DNA from: an uncultured Halobacteriales archaeon
GTDB lineage: Archaea > Thermoplasmatota > E2 > JACPAO01
Assembly (NCBI GenBank): GCA_964641035.1
Contig: CAZXJU010000002.1
Location: 1-31,259 of the forward strand
Length of the DNA stretch: 31,259 bases
Direction of reading: 5' to 3'
Part shown: positions 1-8,785 of the stretch, in pieces
Layout: each line of letters opens with the position of its first letter
Position numbering within the stretch: the first letter of the stretch is position 1
Position numbers and translations under genes: made by a program
Notes under the pieces: generated by a model
What the model was told of the DNA's origin: nothing
Database searches by the model: none
Seen by the model: only the letters and a program-made list of their open reading frames with translations

Positions 1-1
1 C

Positions 2-904
2 GCCGAGGCCGACGCCGTAGCAGCCCTGTTCGTAGTTGGGCAGGGTGTCGTAGCTCTGCTGGCACAGCGGGTCTACCAGGTGCGTCTCGTCCTGGAGCTG
101 CCCTACGTACCACGTCTCGAGGTGGCCGTCGCCGTCGCCGGTGCCGATCTGCTGGTCGATCTGGTCCTCGGTGCACGGTAGCGTCGACCGGCCGTAGGTG
201 GGTTCGCCGACGTAGTCGCCGCACCGTTCGACGTAGAAGTGGACGGGGCTTTCGCTTCGGACGCGGTACCACATGCAGCTGGTCTCGCCGTCCTCGCCGC
301 ATTCTGCGTCGCGCGAGAGGAGGTCGAATCCGAGGAAGTCGGTGGTCTCCCAGCGGGCCTCGAAGACGGCGCCGGCGTAGTCTTGCGGGAAGCCGCCGAA
401 CATGAAGTAGCTGGTGTCGTTGGTGGTGCAGCCGGTGCAGGTGGCGGCGCGGATGAAGCCGATGCCGGTCTCCATGTAGCCGGTGTGGGGCAGGCTCTCG
501 ACCCAGGGTTCCTCGACGGCGACGGTCTCGAGGTGGATCTCGATGTCGGTTTGCTGGCCGGCGACGACGTCGACGCTGCGGGCAACGGATTCGAATCCGA
601 GCTTCTGGACCGCCAGCGTGTGGGTGCCGGGTGCGACGTTGGAGAGGACGAAGGCGCCGGAGTCCGACGTGGTGGCCGTGAGGTCGGCCTCGGTGCCGAG
701 GATGGCGACCTGGGCGCCGGCGACGGGGAAGAGGTCTTCGGTGAGGATGAGGCCTCGGACGGCGCCGGTGTCCTCGGTGAAGTTGGGTTGGTCGGGGTCG
801 TCGCCTTGGGGTGCGGGGCCGTCGCCTCCGAGGCAGCCGGCCAATGCGATGCCGATCATCAGGAGCGTGGCCAGCAAGGCCTTCGCGTGGGGTACGCGGA
901 TCAT
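2..904 (-). CDS. Cys-rich lipoprotein with carboxypeptidase-regulatory-like (beta-sandwich) N-domain, paralog 1; 3' end runs off the window
   Basis: Absent from the ORF track (no stop in window). Hand translation from ATG 904: MIRVPHAKALLATLLMIGIALAGCLGGDG...GAVRGLILTEDLFPVAGAQVAIL...GAFVLSNVAPGTHTLAVQKLGF...ECGEDGETSCMWYR...HLETWYVGQLQDETH...EQGCYGVGLG. It has a LAGC lipobox and is colinear with 2683..3660 and 3740..4723. Confidence 0.85.
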   Translation of the reverse strand, partial: MIRVPHAKALLATLLMIGIALAGCLGGDGPAPQGDDPDQPNFTEDTGAVRGLILTEDLFPVAGAQVAILGTEADLTATTSDSGAFVLSNVAPGTHTLAVQKLGFESVARSVDVVAGQQTDIEIHLETVAVEEPWVESLPHTGYMETGIGFIRAATCTGCTTNDTSYFMFGGFPQDYAGAVFEARWETTDFLGFDLLSRDAECGEDGETSCMWYRVRSESPVHFYVERCGDYVGEPTYGRSTLPCTEDQIDQQIGTGDGDGHLETWYVGQLQDETHLVDPLCQQSYDTLPNYEQGCYGVGLG

Positions 905-1059
905 CAAGGCAGTTCCGGCGTTGGTGGCTTATCTGCTTTGTGGGTGTGCGGCTGAAGGCGGGTGCGGGCCGGCCGCGGACGTGGATTTCGGCTTCGTACG
1001 CAGGCGCGAACCGTCCCGGCGGTCCTTCGACGGGAACGCGTCAGCGAGCAGACGCCAGG

Positions 1060-1110
1060 ACCTGGGTATACCCTGGCCAAGTTGGCCTCTAAACCAGGGT
1101 ATATTCAGGT
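1060..1110. promoter_or_regulatory. Imperfect inverted repeat (putative operator) upstream of the ATPase
   Basis: ACCTGGGTATACCCTGG (1060-1076) and CCAGGGTATATTCAGGT (1094-1110) are complementary at 15/17 positions. An inner palindrome GGCCAAGTTGGCC is at 1075-1087. The region is AT-rich. Confidence 0.5.
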
Positions 1111-1152
1111 TTGGACAAAGGTTTTACATAGTTTAGTGGAGTGTTTGGTGGT

Positions 1153-2595
1153 ATGGACCTTGATCCGCTGCGCGACTGGAACCCCCACTGGTACGGCGGT
1201 CCTCTCTCGCCCCGCATTCTAAAACATCCGCGCCCGCGCGCAATGGTCGAACCGTGGTTGGACGACGTGCTCGACCCGCAGGATGACCTGTGGGCCCTTA
1301 AGCCGGGGCCACGGCAGGTCGGGAAGACCACAAGTCTGGGCCACGTGGCGAGGCTTCTTTTGGACCGTCACGCAATCGAACCGCGCCGGGTCACGTTTGC
1401 TCCACTGGACGACGAATCGATCCAGGAGGCCAGCGGCGGCCGGTTGGAGGCCATCGTGGAGGCGACGACATCGTTGGCCGCGCCGGCTCCAGGCAAGGCG
1501 AATTTCTTGCTGCTCGACGAGGTCCAAGCGTTCCCGAACTGGTCGGCCCAGCTCAAGACGGCATGGGACCGGCACCATCGGCACATCCGGGTGCTTGCGA
1601 CGGGGTCGAGCGCGTTGCGGCTCCTCAGGCCGGTGGAAGCCGACTTCCACGGGCGTCTCCGGACCGTTCACGTGCACCCGATGAAGTTCCGCGAGGTGCT
1701 ACTGGCACGCCCCGACGTGGACAGACACGTGGACAGCGATACGACCGATGCGTTGTGGGCGCATGTCAAGGAATGCCGGCGGGCACTCCCGGATGGGCAC
1801 GGAGCGTTCGCCAGGGCGCTCGCGGAGTTTTATGGATTCGTCGTAGCGCGGGGTCTTTCCGACATCGTGAAGCAGACATGGCTGGAGTATTGCGCCTGGG
1901 GTGGATACCCTGCGACGCGACCCGGTGTGGACCTTTCGCCCGCGCAACGTCTGGACCGGATGGAAGCCGCGTTGAACACGGTGCTCGCTCGCGACGTGGT
2001 GGCTGGCGGCGTCCGGAAGCTACGTGAGTTCCGCCTTCTGCTTCGCCACATCGCCGTGAACCCCGGCGGCAAGTTCGAACCGTTCGGCGTCGGTCGCCGC
2101 CTGGATACGGAGGGCGAGACGATCAGGGAATGGAAGCAGATCCTGGAGGACGTGATGGTCGTCCATCAACTCGGCCCGTTGAAGCCGGACCTTCGGGCGG
2201 CCCGGAGCCGCGACAAGGCGTACCCGATGGACCCCGCATGGACCAGCTATTTTCGCGGGCACGCCCTTCCGGCGGTGGACGCCGATGATCCTGCGCTTGG
2301 ACCGATCGCCGAGTCGGTGCTTGTCGACCACGCCCGTCGGCTCCAGTTCAACGTGACGGGCGCGTCGGGCCTGCCCGTGGGGTACGTCGCGCGCCCGGAA
2401 GTGGATGTCGCGTTCGCCGTCGGCCCGCGATGGGTGCTCTTGGAGTCCAAACAGAGCCGGAACCCTCAGGCCCGGCTTCAGGGGGTGGGCCCCCGCGACG
2501 CGGTCCGTGTGCTGGCGACCCGCGACGACTTCGACGTCGGGGATCCGGGGCAGGCAATCTTTGTGCCTGCCGCCGTGTTCGCCCTCGTATGCTGA
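1153..2595 (+). CDS. ATP-binding protein, AAA_14 + DUF4143 type (COG1373-like)
   Basis: Walker A GPRQVGKTT, Walker B LLLDEVQ, TGSS and GGYP motifs, C-terminal EVDVAF..LLESK nuclease-like motif. ATG 1153 preferred over GTG 1141. Confidence 0.85.
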   Translation: MDLDPLRDWNPHWYGGPLSPRILKHPRPRAMVEPWLDDVLDPQDDLWALKPGPRQVGKTTSLGHVARLLLDRHAIEPRRVTFAPLDDESIQEASGGRLEAIVEATTSLAAPAPGKANFLLLDEVQAFPNWSAQLKTAWDRHHRHIRVLATGSSALRLLRPVEADFHGRLRTVHVHPMKFREVLLARPDVDRHVDSDTTDALWAHVKECRRALPDGHGAFARALAEFYGFVVARGLSDIVKQTWLEYCAWGGYPATRPGVDLSPAQRLDRMEAALNTVLARDVVAGGVRKLREFRLLLRHIAVNPGGKFEPFGVGRRLDTEGETIREWKQILEDVMVVHQLGPLKPDLRAARSRDKAYPMDPAWTSYFRGHALPAVDADDPALGPIAESVLVDHARRLQFNVTGASGLPVGYVARPEVDVAFAVGPRWVLLESKQSRNPQARLQGVGPRDAVRVLATRDDFDVGDPGQAIFVPAAVFALVC

Positions 2596-2682
2596 TGCCG
2601 GTTACGGCCGCGGCGTTGGACGTACCCGGGCCGTAGCACGTGTGGCGCAGGGAATTACGCGGGCCGAATGCGGCCATCGCGT

Positions 2683-3660
2683 CTATTGGTCGGGGAACGC
2701 GGTGTACGACTCGGCGTTGTCGGGCACTTCGACGTGGAAGATGTTGACCCACGTGTCCCACCGGGTCTCCGGGGCGGGTCCGACGCCGTAGCAGCCGGCC
2801 GCGTAGAGGACGGTGCACACGGGGTCGGCGGTGTGCGTCTCTTCCTGGAAGAGGCCGATGTACCACGTCTCGAGGCGTGCGGCGCTGCCGCCGGAGGTGT
2901 CGCGGTTGCGTTCGAACTCCTCTTCGCCGCACGGCATGCGGGTGGCGCCGTAGGTGGGCGCGCCGGTGTAGTCCTCGCACGGAAGCACGACGTAGTGGAG
3001 CGGGCTGGGGCTGCGGGTGCGGTACCAGATGCAGCTGGATTCGCCGTCCTCGCCGCACACGGCTTCGCGCGCCAAGAGGTCGAAGCCGAGCCAGTCCTGC
3101 GTCTCCCAGCGGGCCTCGACGACCATGCCGGCGAAGTCGTCCGGGTAGCCGCCGAACATGAACCAGGCGCGTTCCTCGCTGTTGCATCCGTAGCAGATGG
3201 TGCTGAGTACGAAGGCGAAGCCGATGCCGTATTGGCCGGCGTGGGGGATGCTTTCGACGTAGGGTTCTTCGACGGGGATCGGTTCGAGCATGATCTCGAC
3301 GAAGGTCTCCTCGGCGGCGACGACATCGACCTTCTTCGCCTGGGACGTGAAGCCGAGTTTCTGTACGGCGACCGTGTGGGTGCCTGGGGCCACGTTGGAG
3401 AGGACGAAGGCGCCGGAATCGTCGGTGGTGGTGGAGTGCGCGCCGTCGAGGCCGAGGATGGCGACCTGGGCTTCCTCGAGTGGCAGGAGTTCGGCGTCGG
3501 TGATGGTGCCGCGGATCGCGCCGGTGTCCTCGGTGAACTGCGGGCCGCTGGGCTCGTCGCCGGTCCCTTGGACGTCGCCGCCGCCGGTGCACCCGGCGAG
3601 CGTCACCGCCGTCATGAGAAGGGCTATGCCGATCGCTTTGAAAGAGGGAGTTCGCACCAT
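2683..3660 (-). CDS. Cys-rich lipoprotein with carboxypeptidase-regulatory-like domain, paralog 2
   Basis: LAGC lipobox; GAIRGTITD..LPLEEAQV and GAFVLSNVAPGTHTVAVQKLGF are typical of the CarboxypepD_reg fold; four Cys pairs. Confidence 0.85.
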   Translation of the reverse strand: MVRTPSFKAIGIALLMTAVTLAGCTGGGDVQGTGDEPSGPQFTEDTGAIRGTITDAELLPLEEAQVAILGLDGAHSTTTDDSGAFVLSNVAPGTHTVAVQKLGFTSQAKKVDVVAAEETFVEIMLEPIPVEEPYVESIPHAGQYGIGFAFVLSTICYGCNSEERAWFMFGGYPDDFAGMVVEARWETQDWLGFDLLAREAVCGEDGESSCIWYRTRSPSPLHYVVLPCEDYTGAPTYGATRMPCGEEEFERNRDTSGGSAARLETWYIGLFQEETHTADPVCTVLYAAGCYGVGPAPETRWDTWVNIFHVEVPDNAESYTAFPDQ

Positions 3661-3739
3661 GGCGGTGGCGACGCTGACCCCGGATATGAGGTTTGTGGGG
3701 TTCGGCCCGAAGGCGGGCGTTCCTGGACGCCGGTTGGGT

Positions 3740-4723
3740 CTACGCGTCGGGGAAGGCGGTGTAGGATTGGGCGTTGGGTGGCAGTTCCAGGTGGAAGATG
3801 CTCACCCACGTGTCCCACCGCGTCTCCGGTGCGGGTCCGACGCCGTAGCAGCCCTGCTCGTACGTCAATACCCAGTTCTCGTTTGTGCAGACCGGGTCCA
3901 ACGTGTGGGTCTCCTCTTGGAGGAGGCCGATGTACCACGTCTCGAGGTGCGCGTCGCCGGAGCCGGTGCCTTGGAAGTCGTCGAACGTCTCCGGGTCGCA
4001 CGGGACCGGCGTCCGGCCGTAGTAGGGCGGGCCGGTGTAGTCGCCGCACGGTTCGGCGAAGAAGTACATGGGGCTTTGGCTTCGGGTGCGGTACCAGACG
4101 CAGCTGGTGTCGCCGTCTTCGCCGCATTTGGCGTCGCGTGAGAGGAAGTCGAAGCCGAGGTAGTCGTCGGTCTCCCAGCGGGCTTCGGCGACCATGCCGG
4201 CGAAGTCGTCGGGGAAGCCGCCGAACATGAACCAGGCGCGTTCTTCGCTGCTGCAGCCGTAGCAGATGGTGCTGAGTACGAAGGCGAAGCCGATGCCGTA
4301 CTGGCCGGCGTGCGGCAGGCTCTCGACGTACGGTTCCTCCACGGGGACCGGGTCGAGCATGAGCTCGACGAAGGTCTCGTCGCCGGCTTGGACGTCGACC
4401 TTCTTCGCCTGGGATTCGAAGCCGAGTTTCTGTACCGCCAGCGTGTGCGTGCCGGGCGGTACGTTGGATAGGGTGAAGGTGCCGGCGTCGTCGGTGGTGG
4501 TGCTGATGCCGGTGTCGAGGTTGAGGATGGCGACTTGGGCGCCCTCGAGTGGCAGGAGTTCGGCGTCGGTGACGGTGCCTCGGACGGCGCCGGTGTCCTC
4601 GTTGAACTGGGGTCCGGTGGGCGCGTCGTCGCCTTGGGGTCCGGCGTCGTCTCCGCCGACGCAGCCGGCCAGGCCGATCCCGATCATGAGCGCCGTCAAG
4701 AGGAGGGTCTTTGGTTTTGCCAT
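3740..4723 (-). CDS. Cys-rich lipoprotein with carboxypeptidase-regulatory-like domain, paralog 3
   Basis: ATG 4723 (MAKPKTLLL...LAGC), same architecture as paralogs 1 and 2; TTTTAA box upstream on the minus strand. Confidence 0.85.
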   Translation of the reverse strand: MAKPKTLLLTALMIGIGLAGCVGGDDAGPQGDDAPTGPQFNEDTGAVRGTVTDAELLPLEGAQVAILNLDTGISTTTDDAGTFTLSNVPPGTHTLAVQKLGFESQAKKVDVQAGDETFVELMLDPVPVEEPYVESLPHAGQYGIGFAFVLSTICYGCSSEERAWFMFGGFPDDFAGMVAEARWETDDYLGFDFLSRDAKCGEDGDTSCVWYRTRSQSPMYFFAEPCGDYTGPPYYGRTPVPCDPETFDDFQGTGSGDAHLETWYIGLLQEETHTLDPVCTNENWVLTYEQGCYGVGPAPETRWDTWVSIFHLELPPNAQSYTAFPDA

Positions 4724-4916
4724 GGGCACCACACGGTAGCCTGAGCGGCGTTGGGAGGTTAAAAACGTTATGGCGTGATCTCTGGAGGGGGGTCAAAAGA
4801 CGCGTCTGGTCACGATGAACGCCAATTGGCCGCGGATTCACGGTGGTCGCTGCGGCCTAGAGCAAGAATTCGGGGTTCATGGACGGTACCCGAATGGCTT
4901 GTTGCGTTCGTGCGGG

Positions 4917-5756
4917 CTAGCATTGGCGCAACGGTTCTCCGCGGGCAACAAAGACGGTCGTGCCGGGTTCGTCGGGAACGATGATGTATTCGACGACATC
5001 GCCCGTAAGGTTTCCGTCTCGAAGATAGTTTAGACCATTCGCGTGGGCAATTAGCCAATAGTCGTGGCTGGTGTTGAGGGATGCGGGTGGTGGGTCGAAC
5101 GTCACGAAGGGCAGGGAGACGCAACCCCAGGCGGCAGCGCTGCCGGCGTCGATTCCTTCGCCTGCGCCGGCAATGCCGAGACCTACGACGGCGAGGAGCC
5201 CGAGGACGATGTTGCCAGTTCGCCTGTTGCCCATGAGGTGGTACCACGGAGATTCTTTTTCGCGGATTTGCGCATGGAATATCACTGCAATCAGACTGGC
5301 GATCAAGGCCCAGATTACAATGTCGGCCCAGGTTATCCCAAGGCCCGGAATCCGGGGCGTTTCGTCGCCGATCGATGCCGCCGCTTGCGCACCCGCGCCA
5401 AGGCTGATGGCGGCGGCTACGGCAGGCCAGGAAAAAAGCCGGAACAGTTTTTCGTCTTCCGGCTCAGAGTTGCCGTCCTCGCCGGCCGTCTTGATTTTCC
5501 GCCACAGGGGCCGGGTTCCGGCTTCGAACGCAGGATAAAGGAGGAATAAGAACACGGGATAGAGCAGGACAGGGAAGCTGGCCATCATGAAATTCTCGAC
5601 GGACAAGCCGAGATCTTGAACATTGATCCCGAGCCGGCCGTAGTACGCGCTTTGTCGAAGAAAGCCGACGAGCGCTACGAGCACGGTGGCGGCTGCGATC
5701 GCGAGCGTCGCTGTCGCGAAGGGTCCATTGCGAGCGTCGTGGGCGTCGGCCGTCAT
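4917..5756 (-). CDS. Hypothetical multi-pass membrane protein
   Basis: 279 aa with several hydrophobic helices and an AT-rich TATA-like region at about 5778-5795. No family recognised. Confidence 0.65.
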   Translation of the reverse strand: MTADAHDARNGPFATATLAIAAATVLVALVGFLRQSAYYGRLGINVQDLGLSVENFMMASFPVLLYPVFLFLLYPAFEAGTRPLWRKIKTAGEDGNSEPEDEKLFRLFSWPAVAAAISLGAGAQAAASIGDETPRIPGLGITWADIVIWALIASLIAVIFHAQIREKESPWYHLMGNRRTGNIVLGLLAVVGLGIAGAGEGIDAGSAAAWGCVSLPFVTFDPPPASLNTSHDYWLIAHANGLNYLRDGNLTGDVVEYIIVPDEPGTTVFVARGEPLRQC

Positions 5757-6031
5757 CGACGACGGCGAAATGCCGCTTTGTTAATTATTTGGCGTAAATG
5801 CGTCCACTCGGCGATTCCAGTGAGTCGGGCGCAAAGCACGGAAGAATGCGGCGCTCCGTATCAACTCGACCCGGATTCCTCTTCGGATGCCCTTTTCGTT
5901 GGTCCGTGTCTTCGCCAGAGCGTTGGTCATCGGCGGCGGCCGCACGATTTCATCTCGAAGGCCCAGTCGGGGGGTGACCGGTAAAGACGCTCTGTGCAGG
6001 CCGCAAGTGGAGAAGGCGGGAGGCGCGGGTA

Positions 6032-6598
6032 TCAGCAGGCGGCCCAGTTTAGGAAGGTGGCGTGGTGGATGACGGCGTTCGCCAGCGTGTCTTGGATCTC
6101 GATCTTGATGTCGGTCATGTCTGCGGATGCGGGGCTGCTGCAGAAGGCGAGGAAATCGTCGGACGCCATGGGCGCGCCGTTTGGGGAGATCGGCACAAAC
6201 GTGCCGGGGCCGCACGAGGTGCCTGTGGCGGCGGCCGTGTTGAGGGGGCCGCCGGTCGCGTCCGCAAGGCGGTTCTGGTAGGGTGCGGGGTCGGTGCCGA
6301 GGCGGCCGATGGCGCCGGAGCCGTCGCCCTGGTTGCAGGCGGCCACTCGTACGGCGAGGCGGGACCAGTCGGCGTTCTGAGCGGCGGAGACGACGACGAT
6401 GCGGTCTTGTGGGTCGTCGAGTTGCCAGGAGACCGCGGGCGCTGATTCCGTGGCGGTTCCGCCAAACTGGCTCACGAGCAGGAGGACAGTGGCTGCCAGG
6501 ACGATGGTGAGGGCCACCATGAGGATGGTCGAGATGATCGGGGACGCGGCGGATCCGCTGGCGTGGAATCTGCCGAATCGTCGGAGATGAAGCTTCAC
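6032..6598 (-). CDS. Archaeal type IV pilin-like protein (Pilin_N/DUF1628 type)
   Basis: Class III signal-like ...SGSA|ASPIISTILMVALTIVLAATV. It shares the DRxxV..A..xAxW, DF/YxxFC and terminal Cys motifs with the three neighbours. Confidence 0.8.
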   Translation of the reverse strand: MKLHLRRFGRFHASGSAASPIISTILMVALTIVLAATVLLLVSQFGGTATESAPAVSWQLDDPQDRIVVVSAAQNADWSRLAVRVAACNQGDGSGAIGRLGTDPAPYQNRLADATGGPLNTAAATGTSCGPGTFVPISPNGAPMASDDFLAFCSSPASADMTDIKIEIQDTLANAVIHHATFLNWAAC

Positions 6599-6721
6599 GA
6601 TCGTCCCTTGCCTTGTCGTACGCCGACTCCCCCATCGGGGCCGGGCCGCGTAGGTGTGAAAAAATGGTGTTGGTAAAAGGAGGTATCGATGGCAAGGCGT
6701 TTCGGACGCTCGACCGGTTGA

Positions 6722-7222
6722 TCAACAGGGTCGGATGTCGTTGAAGGTCCATGTGCCGAGGCGGACATTGGCTTCGGCGTCGTACACGGAGACGGCGACG
6801 CCGGCCGCGGTTCCATCGGCGCAGAACTCGAGGAAGTCGTTGCCCAGGATGCGCGTGGCGTCTTCGGAAGCGGCGACGCGTTGGCCGAGGAGTTGGCCGC
6901 CGGTCGCGGCGGCCGCGTCGTTGACCACGGTGGAACCGGTGCCGACGTAGAGGGCGGTCGCGGAGCCGCTTTGGATGGTGGCCTGGAGTTGGATGCGGTT
7001 CCAGTAGGCCCCGTCGACGGCGGACGCGACGACCAGGCGGTCCCGGTCCTCATCCTTGGTGAATCCGACGGCCGGTGCGGCATCTGAACGCTCGGAGGCA
7101 AGGATTTGGATAATGACGAAGGCGCCAGCGGCCAGACCGAGGACGACGGCCACGAGCAGGATGGTTGCGACGACGGCGGTCAAGCCGTCCTCGTCGGTGG
7201 CGAGATTCCAGCGGAGCGACAT
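6722..7222 (-). CDS. Archaeal type IV pilin-like protein
   Basis: MSLRWNLATDEDG|LTAVVATILLVAVVLGLAAGAF; TTATAT box about 30 nt upstream (7253-7258). Confidence 0.8.
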   Translation of the reverse strand: MSLRWNLATDEDGLTAVVATILLVAVVLGLAAGAFVIIQILASERSDAAPAVGFTKDEDRDRLVVASAVDGAYWNRIQLQATIQSGSATALYVGTGSTVVNDAAAATGGQLLGQRVAASEDATRILGNDFLEFCADGTAAGVAVSVYDAEANVRLGTWTFNDIRPC

Positions 7223-7311
7223 TGCGTATCGGCCCGGCTTCTGCCGGATGAGATATAATGGACTTCCCCATGGCGATTAAGTAGGCGTGGCGCGGGGGTG
7301 GAGACGGCCGG

Positions 7312-7815
7312 TCAGCAGGCGGCGATGTCGTTGAAGTGCCACGTTCCGAGGCGCGTGTTTGCCTCCGAGTCGAAGACGGAGACACGGACCTGGGTCGTTG
7401 TAGAATCGGCGCAAAATTCTACGTAATCCGGAGCGGAAACCGGGTGAGAGGAAGTCGCTAATTGCACCCGGCCGGCTAGCAGGTCGCCACCCGTCGCGGA
7501 CGCGTCTTCATTCATGTATGGTTCGGCGGTCCCCACATGGATGGTCGTGGCGAACCCGCCATTGTCGACGGCAGACAGCTGAATCATGTTCCAATCGGCG
7601 TCCTGGACGGCGGTCGACACAACAAGCCGATCGACCTCTTCATCCACGGTAAAGCCGACGGACGGTGCCGAATCCGCCTGCTCCTCCATTAGTAGTTTCC
7701 ATGCCAAGAAAACCCCGGTTACGATTCCGATGACGATTGCGACCAGGATGATTGTGCCCACGACGGCCGTCATCGCATCACATGATTTTCGGAAGCCGCC
7801 CTCGATTTCCGTCAC
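7312..7815 (-). CDS. Archaeal type IV pilin-like protein
   Basis: Start reassigned to GTG 7815, giving MTEIEGGFRKSCDA|MTAVVGTIILVAIVIGIVTGVF; TTTTAAA box about 37 nt upstream (7852-7859); paralog of 6722..7222. Confidence 0.75.
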   Translation of the reverse strand: MTEIEGGFRKSCDAMTAVVGTIILVAIVIGIVTGVFLAWKLLMEEQADSAPSVGFTVDEEVDRLVVSTAVQDADWNMIQLSAVDNGGFATTIHVGTAEPYMNEDASATGGDLLAGRVQLATSSHPVSAPDYVEFCADSTTTQVRVSVFDSEANTRLGTWHFNDIAAC

Positions 7816-7962
7816 GATGTACCCACAGCAAAGGGAAATTTTGGCACGGCGTTTAAAAAGATGTGTAAGTAGCCCGTTCTGAAGGTATCGCCGCCCGACA
7901 TGAAACAAGTGTCGTAACTGGCGGCGAGGGAAGGCTGCAATCCGTAACCTCTAGTCTACTTT

Positions 7963-7988
7963 GAAAAGGAGAAGAAGGGAAGAGGAGA
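7963..7988 (-). terminator. Pyrimidine/T-rich archaeal terminator after the pilin at 7999..8562
   Basis: The minus strand reads CTCCTCTTCCCTTCTTCTCCTTTTC just after the stop codon. Confidence 0.5.
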
Positions 7989-7998
7989 TTCGACCGGC

Positions 7999-8562
7999 CT
8001 ACGAGCAGTCCGCAACGTCCGTAAACGTGTACGTGTGGACGATTGCGTTGGCGGTCGTGTCCCGAATCTGGATTTCCACGTTGTCTACGGGCCCTGCGAG
8101 CGCGTCGTCAACGCAGAATTCCAGGAAGTCTCCGGCCTCAATGCGGTCAGCGGCGTCAGACACCTGTACGGCCGTACCGGTACACGACGATGCACCAACG
8201 GTACCAACATCATCGCCGGGAGCCAGGGCTGGCTTAGAGTGATGAGAACTGTCGGCTGCCGCGGAACCCAAGCTGATTGCGGATGCCGTGGTGCCGTCGT
8301 CAGCACCGCTGCAGCTGACCGCGGAAACCGTCAACCGGTTCCAATCGGCGTTCTGCCCGGCCTGGTTCACGCTCAGGCGGTCTTGCCCCTCGTCCGCGCT
8401 GAACGAGATGCTCGGCGCGGCCGAGCCCGTTTGTCCGCCGATGTCGCTTACCAGCACGAAGACGGTCGCAGCCAAGACCACCGTAATCGCCACCATCAAG
8501 ATGACGGCGATCACAGGGGAGACGGCTTCCTCCTCCGTGACAAATTTTCGGTTTGCTTTCAT
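7999..8562 (-). CDS. Archaeal type IV pilin (canonical Pilin_N/DUF1628; likely the major pilin)
   Basis: MKANRKFVTEEEA|VSPVIAVILMVAITVVLAATVFVLV matches the archaeal pilin consensus. Confidence 0.9.
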   Translation of the reverse strand: MKANRKFVTEEEAVSPVIAVILMVAITVVLAATVFVLVSDIGGQTGSAAPSISFSADEGQDRLSVNQAGQNADWNRLTVSAVSCSGADDGTTASAISLGSAAADSSHHSKPALAPGDDVGTVGASSCTGTAVQVSDAADRIEAGDFLEFCVDDALAGPVDNVEIQIRDTTANAIVHTYTFTDVADCS

Positions 8563-8740
8563 TTCTTTTTTTCCTGCCGCTGTATAGGCGGCCTTCCACC
8601 ATAATCAGGCACAGTTTATACGGCCTCCGGTAAAATTTGAAACGGCCTCGCGTACCTTCGGCCAACCTTAAATACGAAGAAATTCACCTCGGCCGGCTTT
8701 CTCGGAGATTTTAGCCCCATGTTCGACCCGCTCCCCCTTT

Positions 8741-8755
8741 TGACAAGTTTATAAC
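8741..8755 (+). promoter_or_regulatory. BRE/TATA promoter for the PQQ-propeller gene
   Basis: GACAAG-TTTATAA, with the TATA box (8748-8754) 31 nt before ATG 8786. Confidence 0.6.
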
Positions 8756-8785
8756 CAAGACGGCGGCATACCCAGTCGAACCCCG

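Noticed and set aside
2-8562. Diversity-generating retroelement acting on the lipoproteins or pilins
   Set aside because: No reverse transcriptase, and no template/variable repeat pair with adenine-specific mismatches.
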